Source: Eledone cirrhosa
Taxonomy: Eukaryota
Length of the DNA: 64,000 nt
Direction of reading: 5' to 3'
NCBI GenBank assembly: GCA_964016885.1
Contig: OZ024741.1
Coordinates: 142,662,001-142,726,000, forward strand
Below, piece after piece: positions 41,201 to 53,075 of the stretch. Below the pieces are notes generated by a model. The model was not told where the DNA came from. It saw nothing but the letters and a program-made list of their open reading frames with translations, and made no database searches. A program made the position numbers and the translations under genes. Position 1 is the stretch's first letter. Every line of letters starts with the position of its first letter.

Positions 41201-41366
41201 AGTGTTTGGATTGTGTGACGATTTAAGATATCATGTGCACAGTGAACACTTGAAAAGACAAATTGCTAAGCAGAATAACTGGCAATGTCTGTGGACCTTT
41301 TGTTCAGAGGCATTTAATTCTTTAGCTTTATTAACAACACACTGTGACAAGCATTTCAACCAATAA
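35223..41366 (+). CDS. ZNF106: Zinc finger protein 106-like (N-terminal C2H2 fingers, long S/N/K/Q-rich disordered region with coiled coil, WD40 repeats, C-terminal C2H2 fingers)
   Basis: 2047-aa ORF. CETC..H.WSLMHH and CCLC..HLNELTH at the N-terminus; WD40-like repeats (IYSCSEDRKLAVYD, LVTGSHDKLINVY, IYSGNFYGTIEA); CRYNKC..H..EH and CLWTFC..HCDKH at the C-terminus. In-frame stop and splice acceptor TTTCTTTCTCCCCAG (ends 35189) upstream; AATAAA at 41362 and about 41799. Confidence 0.85.
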   Translation: MSDIIKIPKFPCETCKLSYSSQSELLEHNWSLMHHVRLEQKEKPTEHTCCLCQISTNNLVKYGQHLNELTHKKALTKLREKKTSENTKPSLMSIRTSAPPFLMPNKSWHLNVPFSNFKPYISPLNGHNRTSQSYPTYPSEIIHGDRSQCPKGTLLPCSEERVSLSSNENTTEDGSGDKQESKVYKQLYKTISKNQIESFHEKNVTVKKRKRRKRLNIEGCPSGNGQSMTIEDWFSDSETTSQNESAKVSNQPLPESSPVSKSRKKMIVTTSSGFHQRLFLEDDFKKNNLDLARLNLINAKNDKGNKVFGNKLAVGFLKHSNNISQHSSLSHFQPTKPIPNQLNSKSNSLKTSSLPKKLSKPPESSTAVQPLNDPSKTQPQTFLKVFTQRVSKPLKSVKDSQNKPNTIDKNLTTQKKINSNDKTVKVQSENILPSPNTSNNTVESTENNKNLQINNSLSENPKISDPKSKSINSKESDPKTTKVLKTKSKSTSSSGLATYKSPSLSKTAVSGLAKKRALHSEHMAHPVKPNPVKKLKSSIIKEIKASEKNQNLSLDCAGNSSKKVDAASNSPIVSSSHEHSNHLEELNNVKPDSTVEKQQLGKNVGKEELVKMTRLSCLNHKEKMHLSSVMKSYSKTQNKRSAVPRLTMQLSNIYNPSNQEENSKNLNLPEGLEDQITMLIKKENLDEFENRETLSSSDQLITETGQAALHMNLQPATVSDAVSILTQPNLSSESKNSLASAGNKVKSKSSAVSSKTSAKSLSSNRTLCSPPLSSASVCTPITTVTAPTTNITTTTYTGVVSNYQPPPIVISPEITDQNAEDTVESNNQTPDVFSKVYLLTLQEEEVCSNISSLNPKISYLEKLIEDSQIALQATKDKQQSLMEEEKKIRKMRIGILKEAMGDTNRSNKELINQLLTSNLNSERALQNSPSPPLSSLLSNETQNDTVYQKIPSSSTTAALEKIRPAAVLDNSSIQTRTQQKQPTLAALLAKGIQPEPSNPQQLMNCITQGTQPQQLASFTQQKPQQSSSVIQNIHQPSSVTKLKLHQPHSVAQEEHHKPDTFLQNKNLELLLPKDTIKNLKIPKALISSVFENQKPLSNIQHLQVGIFSQQEGANTLHSPNVPKRISSGKEDPKCSVFQFNQETPLTSTKETGNISKSLKSLPFSLLSQENSEFTAPSSVASSLLSSMENSNSIFTNSNNNNISVSNPSDLPTANGGSTKDMSATSQSLISIEKKDCSSCESEINNASVEQTTIPFTGSFSNVQIKTEPLSPEAVVSDSIFNFQSIKEEPKSPTTQLGNIPDSTSNIPYTDKPSNNINEGQSQLFLQKNFLKVTSSHSIPTSSESGCVNPSHPNNIENNGLLSEPNLQTTNSDKSSNLSINLPVAESQQMCIKEERLSPVTETSITHCIPQSGSLLSLQSSIADSNHSVKPTSLPTNNDNKKKPNDEELEFFSSLSVKSFLDSSHIESLPENLEPQNCSGQVSMKYLGSMSNNLVEQLKECWKKQNVTMNKCFPQGQTDNAGANIPNDLTALTCETSLMRSEKPSPLLHPTPPYTMNIEKSNKFVLPANLNPVVSIEPLNLSSKYNSPGSKSVETVDVKTAKNISKPTKAICNSEMSLKSFTTVNSLDELIIIDGDSSSEDIDTVNTKNKLLTSTNPQEIYINSNSKSFSTEFSTDSHKKDFDFLANTNAVYKGPNCPVTSCVVFRGYLYASYQGHSPQKFDLKTRICVKQYDCQPFSVQCMLVTGSSNDNPLVFSGGASETVLIFNEITGQLLTKIDLLRKIYTFHEKWNCVFVGLAEGGVTKINLKTLKETSNISYGTKPIHCLATCTEGALRILCVGAYDASILIVDASSGLPLKTLLPCQRLLYSIKVSQNLIYSCSEDRKLAVYDIESEKLLKCVQWHSGTVSCLYVDNKILVTGSHDKLINVYWGSVTELDKIQPLSFYGADKQSISCLTVSDRKIYSGNFYGTIEAVNLPNEISTKKWLCRYNKCTLVFGLCDDLRYHVHSEHLKRQIAKQNNWQCLWTFCSEAFNSLALLTTHCDKHFNQ

Positions 41367-41978
41367 ATTGTATTTGTTTCTATTTCAACATCCTATATTT
41401 TGTCTGGGCAGGGTGGAGTGTGTATAAAGAAGTTGTGATGTTAATGTAACATATAACTTACCACATGGTAATGTGGTTTATATGCATCTATATATATGTG
41501 TGTGTGTATGTATATATATAGATATGTGTGTGTGTATGTATCAGCAGAAAATGCACACAGAAAGACAGTTACATAAGGCAAACAGATAATTGCATCACAA
41601 TCTCAGCAGCCACTTGTTGGCATGCAAATTTGCACAAGGTGGGATTACACTTGTAATGCCAGTTTGCACAACAGTGCAATGGAGAACCATTCTGTTGGTA
41701 AGATGCATATGAGACACTATCACATTAAAGAGTGGACAGGAAAATTTACAGGTATCTTTTGACAAAACAGATAAAGACATAAAAATATTATGACTAGAAA
41801 TAAACAGAATTGTGACTGAATTAAAACAAAAAGCATTGTATTGTGTGTGTGTGTATATATATATAATATTTATTTAATTAGAAAGTGAACAACACAAAAT
41901 ATAACTACTCCATTACCAAAGGTTTCTGGATCACAGACGATAATAATATATACGTCTGGACCGTTCGTATCTTTTATC

Positions 41979-42064
41979 TATAACATCTCTGTCTGATGAA
42001 CGATCCAGATGTATATATTATTATTGTCTGTGATCCAGAAACCTTTGGTAATGGAGTAGTTATA
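41979..42064 (+). ncRNA. Type I hammerhead ribozyme-like motif in a fold-back repeat
   Basis: TATAAC..CTCTGT-CTGATGA-[GATCCAGATG...TGTCTGTGATC]-GAAA-CC-TTT-GG-TA-ATGGAG..GTTATA. Core intact with GUA site; stem II closing pairs are mismatched. Confidence 0.6.
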
Positions 42065-42375
42065 TTTTGCGTTGTTCACTTTCTAATTAAATAGCTCTGT
42101 TCTATACATAGAGCACTCTTTTTTCTTTTGGAATTACGTAACATATATATATATATGGTGTGTGTAGGTATATATGTATGTGTGTGTGTATATATATATT
42201 TGATATGTATGGTATATATATATATATGTATACATATGTATATATAATATATATGTGTGAGTATGTAATATAGATGTGTATATATATATATATAAACTCC
42301 AAATTGTTCTTTCGCGAATGTTGGCCGACTGCCACAGTTTCGATTTTACTAACCTTCCACTCGTGTGTATATATG

Positions 42376-42406
<31 letters not shown>

Positions 42407-42455
42407 GTATATTTATTTATATATACTTATGTATATGTATAGGTATGTATATATA

Positions 42456-43700
42456 CGAGGGGAAGTCAAAAATTATACACTCTCTTGTTTCTGTAATTTA
42501 TTAAAACAAAAGCAGGGTTTCAATAATTACATAATTTTTCAACATTATCTCCTTGCTTTTCAATGTACTCTTCCAGCTGTCCCCAAATTTGCTTATTCCA
42601 TCGAAAAAGATTTTTGGCTGGTCACGCAGTCATTTGTGCACTTTTTCCTGCATTTTTTCATCTTTAGCAAATCGACAACCTTGTAAAGGTAGTTTGACTG
42701 GTCCAAAGAAGTGATAGTCGGAAGGAGCAAGATCTGGATTATATGTAGAGTGTTCCAGCAACTCAAAACCCAATTTTTCATTGGATTCAACGATGTAGGC
42801 ATCTTTTGTGATTCAACAATAACTTTTGCTTTGACAATAGACCGTGGCATTTGGTGTGAATTGTTGGTTTTAATTTGTTGGCCACCATTTCACTATAACC
42901 TACATTGATCACTATAGACCCCTTTTCCAGAAAATGTTCCTGTATAAACTTTTGCATCTCCAAAAACAGTTAGCATTACTTTTTCTGCAGAAATTTGAAT
43001 CTTGAATTTCTTTTTCGTTGGCGATCCCGGGTGTTTCCACTCCATACTCTGCCTTTTGGATTCTAGCACGAAGTGATGAACCCAGGTCTCATATCCTGTG
43101 ACTATTCTCTCCCCAAAAACGTTACCTTTATTGTTGTAGCGGTCAAGTACGAGTTGACAGATCTCCACACTATTGCACTTATGTGCTTTGGTAATCTATC
43201 TTGACACCCATCTCGCACAGACTTTATAGAAGCAAATCTTGTTGGATGATTCCATATGCAGAACCATGACTAATTTGGAGAGAATATGCCACCTCATCGA
43301 TGGTCACTTGTTGGTTTGCTAGAACCATCTATCGTCAGTGATGGGGGTTGATGGATGTCATGCTCTCTCTTCGTGCTTCACACTTGTTCAGCTATTTTTA
43401 ACTTCTCAATCCACTCATACGCTCTTCGACATGGACAGGCGCTAAGCCTGCAATGATTTTCAGCCCCTGACACACCTTCAGACCAGAGAAATCAGATCAC
43501 TGATCTCTGTTCTTCCTTGGTGCCCTAACTCTAACACTGCCAGCAGAGTGGCCATGTTTACTTTGTAACACAAGAAAGAAAACTGGAGCAATCAAGGACA
43601 AACCTCAGTTACATAATCACAGCACATGAGTGCTGAAGGCAATGCAGCCAACCTAAAGAAAGTTTTAGTAAAAGTGTGGATAATTTTTTACTTCTCTTCA
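42456..43700 (-). mobile_element. Full-length degenerate mariner transposon
   Basis: TA-flanked imperfect TIRs CGAGGGGAAGTCAAAAATTATACAC / GTGGATAATTTTTTACTTCTCTTCA. IVTGYETWVHHF..ESKRQSMEW..SAEKVMLTVF and PDLAPSDYHFFG motifs. Confidence 0.9.
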
Positions 43701-43831
43701 TATATATATATATGTGTGTGTGTGTGTATGTATATCTAAATATATGTGTGTATATATACATATGTATATATAACAATATAAGAAGGCAGAAAATAATTCA
43801 TTCAAATCATTTACTTAGAATACAATATATA

Positions 43832-44286
43832 CTAGCTGAGGTACCCGGGAGAACAGTTAAGAGAAAACAATTGTATTGGATGTGTTGTCTGGTATGAGGT
43901 GAGACCGTAATGTGTGAGGGAGACATAAAAAAAAAACAATCATAAAACTTCCTTATTAGGCTGAGGGAGTAAACTGCCGATTAAATGGTAGTATTGGCCT
44001 TGGATTTTAAATGTGAAATAACCATAGTCAGTATGATCTTTTTCAGCTCCAAAGGACATTATCTGAAATACAGCAATATACTGCATAACATTGTTTCTGA
44101 AGAGTTGCTTCGTTAAACCGTTTCTAGACTTTCGTGGGACGTTACTCTCTCTGAATAGCTAACACTAATTGTATCTCTCTCTTTCTGCCCCTCTCTCTGT
44201 GTCTCTCTCTCTCTTTAGATGTGTGTGTGTAGTTTTTGTGTGATTCAACCAACCAACCAATAAACATCTTTTATATTATATATAGA
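43832..44286 (-). mobile_element. Non-autonomous Helitron
   Basis: Minus strand begins A|TCTATATATAATATAAAAG followed by (GGTT)n and ends ...CCCGGGTACCTCAGCTAG|T: TC/CTAG termini in an AT target with no TSD. Confidence 0.7.
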
Positions 44287-44555
44287 TTTAATTAATGTTT
44301 ATATTCGTCCAATTTAGTAGAGAAAAACAAAACATTATCAACTAGTGTATATCATCAGAAATAAAATAATAAAATAAAAGATTACATATTGACCGGGAAA
44401 CAAACATCCCTTAAAAAATTCAATGTACATTGGTAAACTACATACTTAATTATGTAAATGATTTGAAAGAATTCTTTTGTCGTCTTATATGCTCTATGTT
44501 ACTATATATGTCCTTAACTCATGTATTTTTTTAATAATCTAATCTCTCTTCTGTA

Positions 44556-45664
44556 CAAGGGTGGGCTGAAAAGTTCATAGGCTCACTATAAAGGAGTAAT
44601 GCTAGTGATGTGAAATCTTTCATGCATTAATTTCAATTCTTTTTATTAACAGTTGCATTGTTTCTTTCCAGGTAAAGAAGACTTCAAAAGTTTCCGCAGA
44701 AAAAGGGTTTAGCCTCCATGGAGATCCATGCTGACATGGTTGCTACATTAGGGGATGATGCTCTAGCTTTATAAAAAATGTAAAAATGGGCAGCAGAAGT
44801 TAGGAGGAGAAGGGAAAGTCTTAAAGATGACCTAAACTTTGGACGTCCTGCAACTGCCACCACTGAAGAAAACATTGATTGTATTCACATGGTAATGGAT
44901 GACAGACAATTGACTATAAATCAAATAGCATATGCTGTGAGAAAATAGAGAATATTCTGCACAATGAACTTAGCATAACAAAGGTTTCTGCTTCGTGGAT
45001 GCTACATCTGCACCTGATTAAAAGCACACCAGGCTGATCACAACATAGAAAAATCTGACATTGCTTGAGGCAGATCCAGCTGGTTTCCTAACCCAGGATG
45101 AGCATTGGATTCATCACTGAGCCCGAGACTAAGAGACAATTCATCCTCACCTGCTCCAAAGAAGGCCAATGGTTGTTTCATCTGCAGGGAAGGTATTAGG
45201 CTCAGTTTTGGGGAATGCAAAAGCCATTGTGTTTATTGACTATCTTCAAAAGGGCCACACTATCAATGGAGAGTACTATGCCAATTTGCTGAGGCAGTTT
45301 TGAAAGGCTATCAAGGCCAAATGTCCAGGAAAACTAACAAAAGGAGTCTTGTTTCATTAGGACAATGCTCCAGCACCCAAGCCCTTGGTTTCAATGGCTG
45401 CTGTGTACGACTGGCTTTGAACTGGTTGGTCACTCTCCCTATTTTCCTGATGTGCCCCTATCTGACTACCATCTGTTCCTCAACATGAAAAATCACTTGA
45501 CTGGGAACCAGTATTGCAGTGATGATGATATCATATCTTCCATTGATAACTTTTTTACCAATGGGATCCAAGCACTGCAACACAGGCTGCAAGGGGGACT
45601 ATGTTGAAGACTATGTTCCATAAGAGCATCTTTGTCGGCCTCTAAACTTTTCACCCAACCCTCA
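44556..45664 (+). mobile_element. Degenerate mariner transposon (second family)
   Basis: TA-flanked TIRs CAAGGGTGGGCTGAAAAGTT / AACTTTTCACCCAACCCTCA. GRPATATTEENID, DYLQKGHTINGEYYA and HSPYFPDVPLSDYHLF motifs. Confidence 0.9.
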
Positions 45665-45978
45665 TATTTCTATTTCTATGTAAAACAACTTTAACACATT
45701 GAGCTTTAAACTATTATTACTTGGCAGTATTAACTCTACAGATTCTGGCCTTGTGCCAAAAGTAGAAACAATTAACTCTACAGATTCACTCCATATAACT
45801 TGGTTTATACCATCATCATCATCACTGTTTAACGTCCATGTTTCCATGCTAGCATGGGTTAGATGAGCTGTCTCATGAGTCAAGTCAGATCAGGTGACCT
45901 TGTCTTGCTTACACAGAACTGATTCTGGGCTGGTTTCTAAGGCTTGATGCCTTTCCTATACAAAATGATCATGTAAAT

Positions 45979-48874
45979 CAAAGGTTCTCAACCCATTTCG
46001 GCCAAACGCCCCCTTTTGCCCCTCAAAATCACGAAACGGGTCAAAGGCCACTGCTCTTTTCAACACCGCCATATATATATATATCATCATCATCATCTTC
46101 GTTTAGCGTCCACTTTCCACGCTAGCATGGGTTAGACGGGAGTTGTCCCACTTGAGGCAAGGCTGGTCAGGTGACCGTGTCTCGTTCATATAGGACTATC
46201 TGGCAGGTTTTCTACAGCTGGATGCCCTTCCTAACATCAACCACATTTACAGTGTGGAACTGGGAACTTTTTACCGTGTTACCTACACTGCCACATTACA
46301 GCGTGGACTGTGTGTTTTTTTGTCGTGACACCTCCACGATCTCGATCTTATTTTCTCGTGCTGTTGGTAGGGGTGGGAGGATAGGGTAGTGGATTGGGGT
46401 GTATATTTGGGCCAACTGACTGTAGGTTTCGCTTTGTACATAGGCAAGGTGGGTCTTCTGTATTACTGCGTAGCGCCAAAGATCTCGGTCCAGAGACATT
46501 GTCTTAGAGAGATGTAAGTGTGAGGTTGGAATTTATCAGATCATCCCAGGTTTTTCTGGGTCTACCTACTCCGTAACTACCATCAATTTTGATCGCCCTG
46601 CACTTTTTTATGCAGCTGTTGTCTTTCATGCGCATCAATATATATATATATATATAAATGGAGAAAGAGGGAGGGACAGTGAGAGTAAGAAATGTGTGTT
46701 TGGTACACGTCTATCTATCTATCTATCTATCTCCAACGGGGCTCAAACATGCGGCCCGTGAACTACTTTTCTGTGGCCCGTAGTAGAACCTATATATAGA
46801 AGAAAAAATATATATATATGTGTGTGTGTGTGTATAATAAATATATATATATATATATTATACACACACACATATATATCCTTACACACTTAAATATAAA
46901 TGCATAGCTATATACATAGGTAAGTGTATATATGTGTGTATGTAGATTTATATATATATATATGTATCTATGAATGTAGATTTATATATATGTATGTATG
47001 TAGATTTATATATATATATGTATGTATGTAGATTTATATATATATATATATATATGTGTATGTAGATTTATATATATGTATGTAGATTTATATATATATA
47101 TGTATGCATCTTGCAAGCAGGGAAAAGCGGACGTAAAATGATAGAGATATAGAGAGTATGTATATTTATATATATATGTATGTAGATTTATATATATGTA
47201 TGTATGTATGTATGTAGATTTATATAATAATAAATAATAATAATGAAATTATTGTGTACAGTGCTCAGGTGCACTACAACTCATCAAAGGTGCATGTATA
47301 GTACATAGAATAATGTACAAATGTCAGGAAAATGAACAGTGTATGAGTCATGATATAATAACAATAATGAAATATTGTGTACAGTGCCCAGGTGCACCAC
47401 AACTCATCAAAAAAGTGCATGTACAGTACATAGGGCAATGCACAAACATCAGTAAAATGAACAGTGCACGAGTCATGATACACACGTGTGCATGTGTATG
47501 GAAGGGGTACATCAGGTGTAGTTTTGGCGTATTTCGGGAAGCATGAGTGTCTTAAAGGACGCAGTGTCTCGGCAGCCAACAACTGACGCAGGCAGTTTGT
47601 TCCATGCTTCAGCAACTCTGAGCGTGAAAAAATGTCTGCGAAAGTCATGGGAGCTGTGCTGTTTTCTTATCTTGTAGGCATGTCCACGTGTGTTAGACAC
47701 ATGGAGATCAAAGAGGCGCTCAGGGTTGCAGTTGGCGAGATGGTTAAAAACTTTGTGGGTATTCACCAAGTCCATTGCCAGACGTTGGAGCTTCAATGAA
47801 TCCATGCCCAGGGAAGCAAGGCGTTCAGAGTATGGTATGTGTCTGATGGAGGGTATGCGCTTGGTTGCACGTCTCTGAACATATATATGTATGTATGTAG
47901 ATTTATATATATGTATGTATGTAGATTTATATATATGTATGTATGTAGATTTATATATATATATATTTATTAAAATAACAGATTAAAGTTTAAGCAAAGA
48001 ATTGCTGCTTTCACCCTTAACGGGATCTTCTGAAACTAACAAAGTCAATCTGTGAACGCAGAAGTGAATATTTAAAAACACGTTGCGACCGGAGGAAGAC
48101 AGGAAGATGATACTTTGGTTCGTGGAAACGTTGCCTGGCAAAGAACGGGAAAAAACGATATAGTTGAATAAATGAACAGAGAAGCAGTACAAATGATATG
48201 GTTTTTAGCTTTACGCATACATACATTTACGTATATATATAGCTATGCATTTATACATTTGTATATATGCATTTATATTTAAGTGTGTAAGGATGTTGAG
48301 ATGATTTATGGATTTTTTTTTTTTTTGTAAAGAGAAAATTCTGGCTCCAGATTTTATTACCTAGGGAGATTAAATACCACAGCTCTGGCTGAAAGCTGAC
48401 CAGGTTCTCAACCTCATCAAACACTAACGCAGGCCTGTGTGTATGTATGTATGTACGTATGCATGTGTGTATATGTTCGTATGTATGTATGTATGTATGT
48501 ATGTATGTATGTATGTACGTATGCATGTGTGTATATGTTCGTATGTATGTATACACCCACACCTTTCATCACCATTGCTTCTTTTTGTTGTCATTTCTGT
48601 TGAAGTTGTTCTTGTAACTGTTGTCAAAGTTGTCTTATGTTCATTTTCTTTGATTTCTTTTGTTTTTCTTTTATCTCCCTAGGGAATTCGTTGACAAGCT
48701 TCTTTTATTTATTTTCTTCGTTTTCTTCATTCAAATGCATTCACACTGGCTGTCTAAGAGACGTACAAATATGACTTATAAAACTTACCAAACTAAAGGG
48801 GCTTCCAGCGCCCCCCAAAGTTTTAAACGCTCCCCTTGCTCCGAAACGCCCCCCTCCCTCGTTGAGAACCTTTA
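45979..48874 (-). mobile_element. Non-autonomous hAT element, copy 2 (inverted relative to copy 1)
   Basis: CAAAGGTTCTCAAC (45979) / GTTGAGAACCTTTA (ends 48874). 8-bp TSD ATGTAAAT at 45971-45978 and 48875-48882. Arms are the reverse complement of 6974-7745 and of parts of 11620-12781. Confidence 0.92.
47225..47880 (-). mobile_element. 3' end of CR1-like LINE inside hAT copy 2
   Basis: VQRRATK..YSERLASLG..NTRGH..FFTLRVAEAWNKLP; 3' UTR repeats and (ATT)n tail. Same family as 63215-64000. Confidence 0.9.
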
Positions 48875-49371
48875 ATGTAAATAAACATTTTTGTCGCCAT
48901 GGTATGGATTTTAGAAGCTGTGATTTACTCACTACCTCTCTCTTATATATAATAAATAAAATTTAGATCATCTCTATTTATTTTATTATATATATTTTGA
49001 AGATGCAAGGCTTATGTACAATATAATCCAAAACATGTTCTGATCAGATAAAATGCATAGGAAATGTAGATTTCTTTTGATATACTGGCGGTCAAATAAG
49101 CTGGACAGATCGGTGACAACCAAGCATATGTTTAGAAAAAAACCCAACACAGGAGATGTTATGTGAGTGGGAGAAAAAACAGTTGGACTTAACGTTTTTG
49201 AAATTTAAAATATGATGTAATTAGATTGGTCAAAAAAATTAATAAATATTGACTGTTATACAGTTTATATGTTACTTATATTAGCTTAAAATAGATATTA
49301 TACTAAAATATATATATATTTTATACCAAAGAAAAATATTTTAGGATGCAAGAATCATATTGAAACTAAAT

Positions 49372-49565
49372 AATTGTTTCTACATTTAGCACAAGGCCAG
49401 TAATTATCCCAGTGCATTACTGGTACTTTTATTTTATCGATCCCGTAAGGATGAAAGGCAAAGTCAACCTCGGCGGGATTTGGACTCAGATCGTAAAGGG
49501 ACGTAACTATGCTGGAAAGCATGGCATCCGACCCTCTACCGATACTGCCAATCCACCGCCCTTGC
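49372..49565 (-). mobile_element. SINE family A
   Basis: Full-length match to 5626-5817. More diverged copies at about 60040-60172 (-), 61660-61790 (-) and 62430-62550 (+). Confidence 0.9.
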
Positions 49566-50474
49566 CAATAAAGAAAAATTAGGATTATAAAATTCAAAGG
49601 TAAATTATCCGTGTTAATGTATAATTTAAATTGGTATTATATGAGTGGAAGGATATTTAACAATTGGTATGGCTTTTTTTATATAACTGATATGGTTATA
49701 ATGCTATGAGATAAATTAGTTCAAAAGAAGAGATGCAATTACCGTGGCCTAATCCTTTCAACAATTATATTTAAGTAGCTATTATACGCATAGAGGAAAA
49801 TATTAACTATTTGTGTAACTATTATTATAAAAAAAGAGGTATGTATTATAGCCTAATTTATCAATATGTATTAAATTTAATTTACTTATATACTAACTAA
49901 AGATAAGGTAGATGAAAAAGTTATAATGAAAAAATATATTAATTTACTTATTTTGTCTATTCGTCTTTATTTTCTATGTAAACATAATAAAATCACACCT
50001 GCATACTCATAGATTTCTCTGCTCATTGGAACAGTTGTGTCAACCCATTGCTGAATCAATAGTCGATCATCTGCGAAGTCACTGATGTTCACAACACCAA
50101 GGTCATCAAACAGAGAGACTAGGTGTTCAGCTAATATGAGCATATATTGTGCGTCCTCAGTTTGCTGAGTGGCATGGTGAATAGACACTGGACATCCAAG
50201 GACACCACAAAAGACCATCCAGTGAAAGCTACTACAGCTCTGCACACATTTAAATTAACATATACATATTTACACACTCACACAATATATACATATGTAC
50301 GCACTATTGGATGGTCATTGACTCTCATGAGTTCCTCTGCCCTGTGTCATCTTGCAGGGGGTCCAAAATCTTCCTCCTCACCAAGTAAACTTAGTGGAGT
50401 TGTCGGTTTAGTCACCGAGGACCTGGCCATGTAACGTTGTACTAGGTTGCATGTTACCAGTAACACTCAAGACT

Positions 50475-51512
50475 GACTTGACCTCCTCTGCTGCTAATTA
50501 GGTCACCTAGATAGAAACTAATAACCACTTCTATGGATCCTTCATATAATTGGTTGATTACCTCTGTGCATCTACATACAAAGCCTTCTCTTCTTGTTAG
50601 TCGGCCTGTTATTCCACTACATCTCTTGTATGCCCAAGATTTACATTGTGTATACCATACGGAGTTTATGCTTACTGCTTTTCTACATATGGAGCAGGGC
50701 CTCTTCCCTGAGGGGATCAGGGTCCTATCTTCTTTCCTACTTACAAGCACTTTAGTTTTGGCTTAGTTTACTCTCAGCCCTTTTGATTCCAAATTCAGTT
50801 TCCATAGTTGGAACTTATTCTCTAGTTCTTTTATGGATTCAGCTATAAGGACCAGATCATCTGCATAGAGAGGTTCCCATGGACAGCCAGTCTTAAACTT
50901 CTCTGTTATGGCCTGGAGAACTATGATGAACAGCAGTGGGCTAAGAACCAAACCTTGAATAACTCCTATCTGCACCTTGAATTCCTCACTAAACTGACTT
51001 TCTGTTTTCACTTTACTGATAGCTCCTATGTACACGGCTTGCACTGCTCTCACAAGCCATTCTTCTACACCTAATGTCCTTAAGGGCCACCTGTTGACAG
51101 ATCAAGGTATTCTGTCAAAAGCTTTCTCTAGATCAACAAAAGCTAAATACAGCAGCTTATTCTTAGCTAGGAATTTCTCTTGTAGTTGCCTAACTAAGAA
51201 GAGGGCATCTGTAGTACTTTTCCCAGACATGAAACCAAACTGCATCTTATCTAATTTGACTCTTTTCCCTAATTAATTTCTATTACTTTTATAACTTAGT
51301 CTATTAGTTTTAGTCCCCTGAAATTGCTCCTTTTCAGAGCATCGCCTTTACCCTTGTAGCAATTTATGATTGTACTGCTGTGCCAGTCATTGTGTATGAC
51401 TCAGTCCTGCATTCCCTGATTGACTAAGTGGGTTACTAGTTCAGCTCCTACTTCACCCAATGCTTTCAGCATCATGGCAGCTATCTCTGACAGTCCTGCA
51501 ACTTTACCATTC
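50475..51512 (-). mobile_element. Degenerate RTE-like LINE RT with PHD-like insert (same family as 28421-30310)
   Basis: AFVDLEKAFD, GVIQGLVLSPLLF, LYADDL, PCSICRK..CKSWAYKRCSGI. Confidence 0.88.
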
Positions 51513-52669
51513 TGTATATATATATAATATGATATCCCTGAAATATATATAATGAAATAAATATGGTTTTATAAATATAGTTTCCATTTATTTAATATCG
51601 TAAATATACTCCAAATACTTGTTGAGTGCTTTTATATCAGTTATAAATATTTACTCGTTGTAACCCAACTTTAAATAAAACTTTGCATATATGTATATAT
51701 ATATATTTATATATAGTATTAATAATAAATACATAAACCAAAATCCAGAGAGGAGTTTAAGGGTTATGTGTATATGTATATATATATGTGTGTGTGTGTG
51801 TTAAGGTCCAAGTTAATTGCAAGCCTGCATATTAAAACATATCTGAGGAACTTCCGATTCTCGAGTCAGGTTTGATCATTAATAGATCGTTCCTGGAGCT
51901 GATCGACTGAAACATACGTAATCTGTAATAAATATACAACACTGATTCGGTGAAATATATGTAATAAATGATGCAACACTGATTCTTTGTTCCTTTATAT
52001 ATTAATACTATATATATCCGTATATATTTATTATTAGCACAGCTGAAAAGTTTAAGCAAACAATTTCTGCTTTCACCTTACAGTGGGATCTTCTGAAACA
52101 GAAATATCAGTCCGTGGACACAGAAGTATTTAGAAAAAAAAATTACAGCTAAATATTGCCTTTGGAAAACAGACAGACATAATGGTAATGCATGAAGTTG
52201 TTCTTTTGAGATGTGACAAAATGTACACAAGAATTATGTCATTAAGTGAAGTGTGAAGAACAAATTCTTGCTATGAAATAATATGTATATATACAAAACG
52301 TTTTCTTCCCTTTCAGATAGACATGCTCCATCATCACATTTTCAAAAAAGGTATATCATATACAAAACACCAGCAACAACAGTTTTCCAAGAGATGGCAA
52401 TATGAATGGACCTGTTATTTTTCTCTAAAACATTTTTTTTTCAGTTTCCGCCCTACCTGTCTTCTCTATCTTTCTATTTCTTCTTTAATTTCTCATTCTT
52501 TCTTCTGGTGATGGACTAGCGTCCGAAACGTTAAAACTCTTTTCCTACTCTATCAAGTGTAAAACTAATAATATATTTCTTCATTGTATTGTGTCATTTG
52601 CTTTGTTATTTCTGTTTGCCTTTTGCATACATTTCTGGACTAAATTAGATTTTTAGTGTGGTAATAAAT

Positions 52670-53075
52670 AGCAGAACTTTTCAAGGGGTAATTCCATAAA
52701 CGCTCATGCGATAATCATGCATTTCTGAAGGTTGTAGTTGTCAAAAGGATTGGTCAAAATTTCTTGTAAACACAGTTAAATCTTTCATGGCGGTGGGTAG
52801 GGGTAGGGGTGGGTGAAGCCGGTCAAGCGTTGAAAGTAAATTCTCTACAGCAAATTCTAAGGAGTGTGGAGGAATTAGGCTAGCTAGAAAGCAGGCGAAA
52901 AAAGAATTCTACAGGAATCTGAGAATGGGAAATTATAAAATTAAAAATTACTTTCCAGGGAGGACGCTGTCTGTGTAACTTATGCTCAGAGGAAACAATA
53001 CAAATGCTGTTTACGAAGGACCAACTCCTAAACAAAAAAGACGAACTTGTAACCGCATGTAAATACCGATTGTGT
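52670..53075 (+). mobile_element. Penelope-like element GIY-YIG endonuclease C-terminal relic
   Basis: CLCNLCSEETIQML....LLNKKDELVTACKYR matches the CxLC.EE...LLNKxxEL...C terminus of Penelope ORFs. An inverted duplicate of 52861-52950 lies at 53418-53506. Confidence 0.7.
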
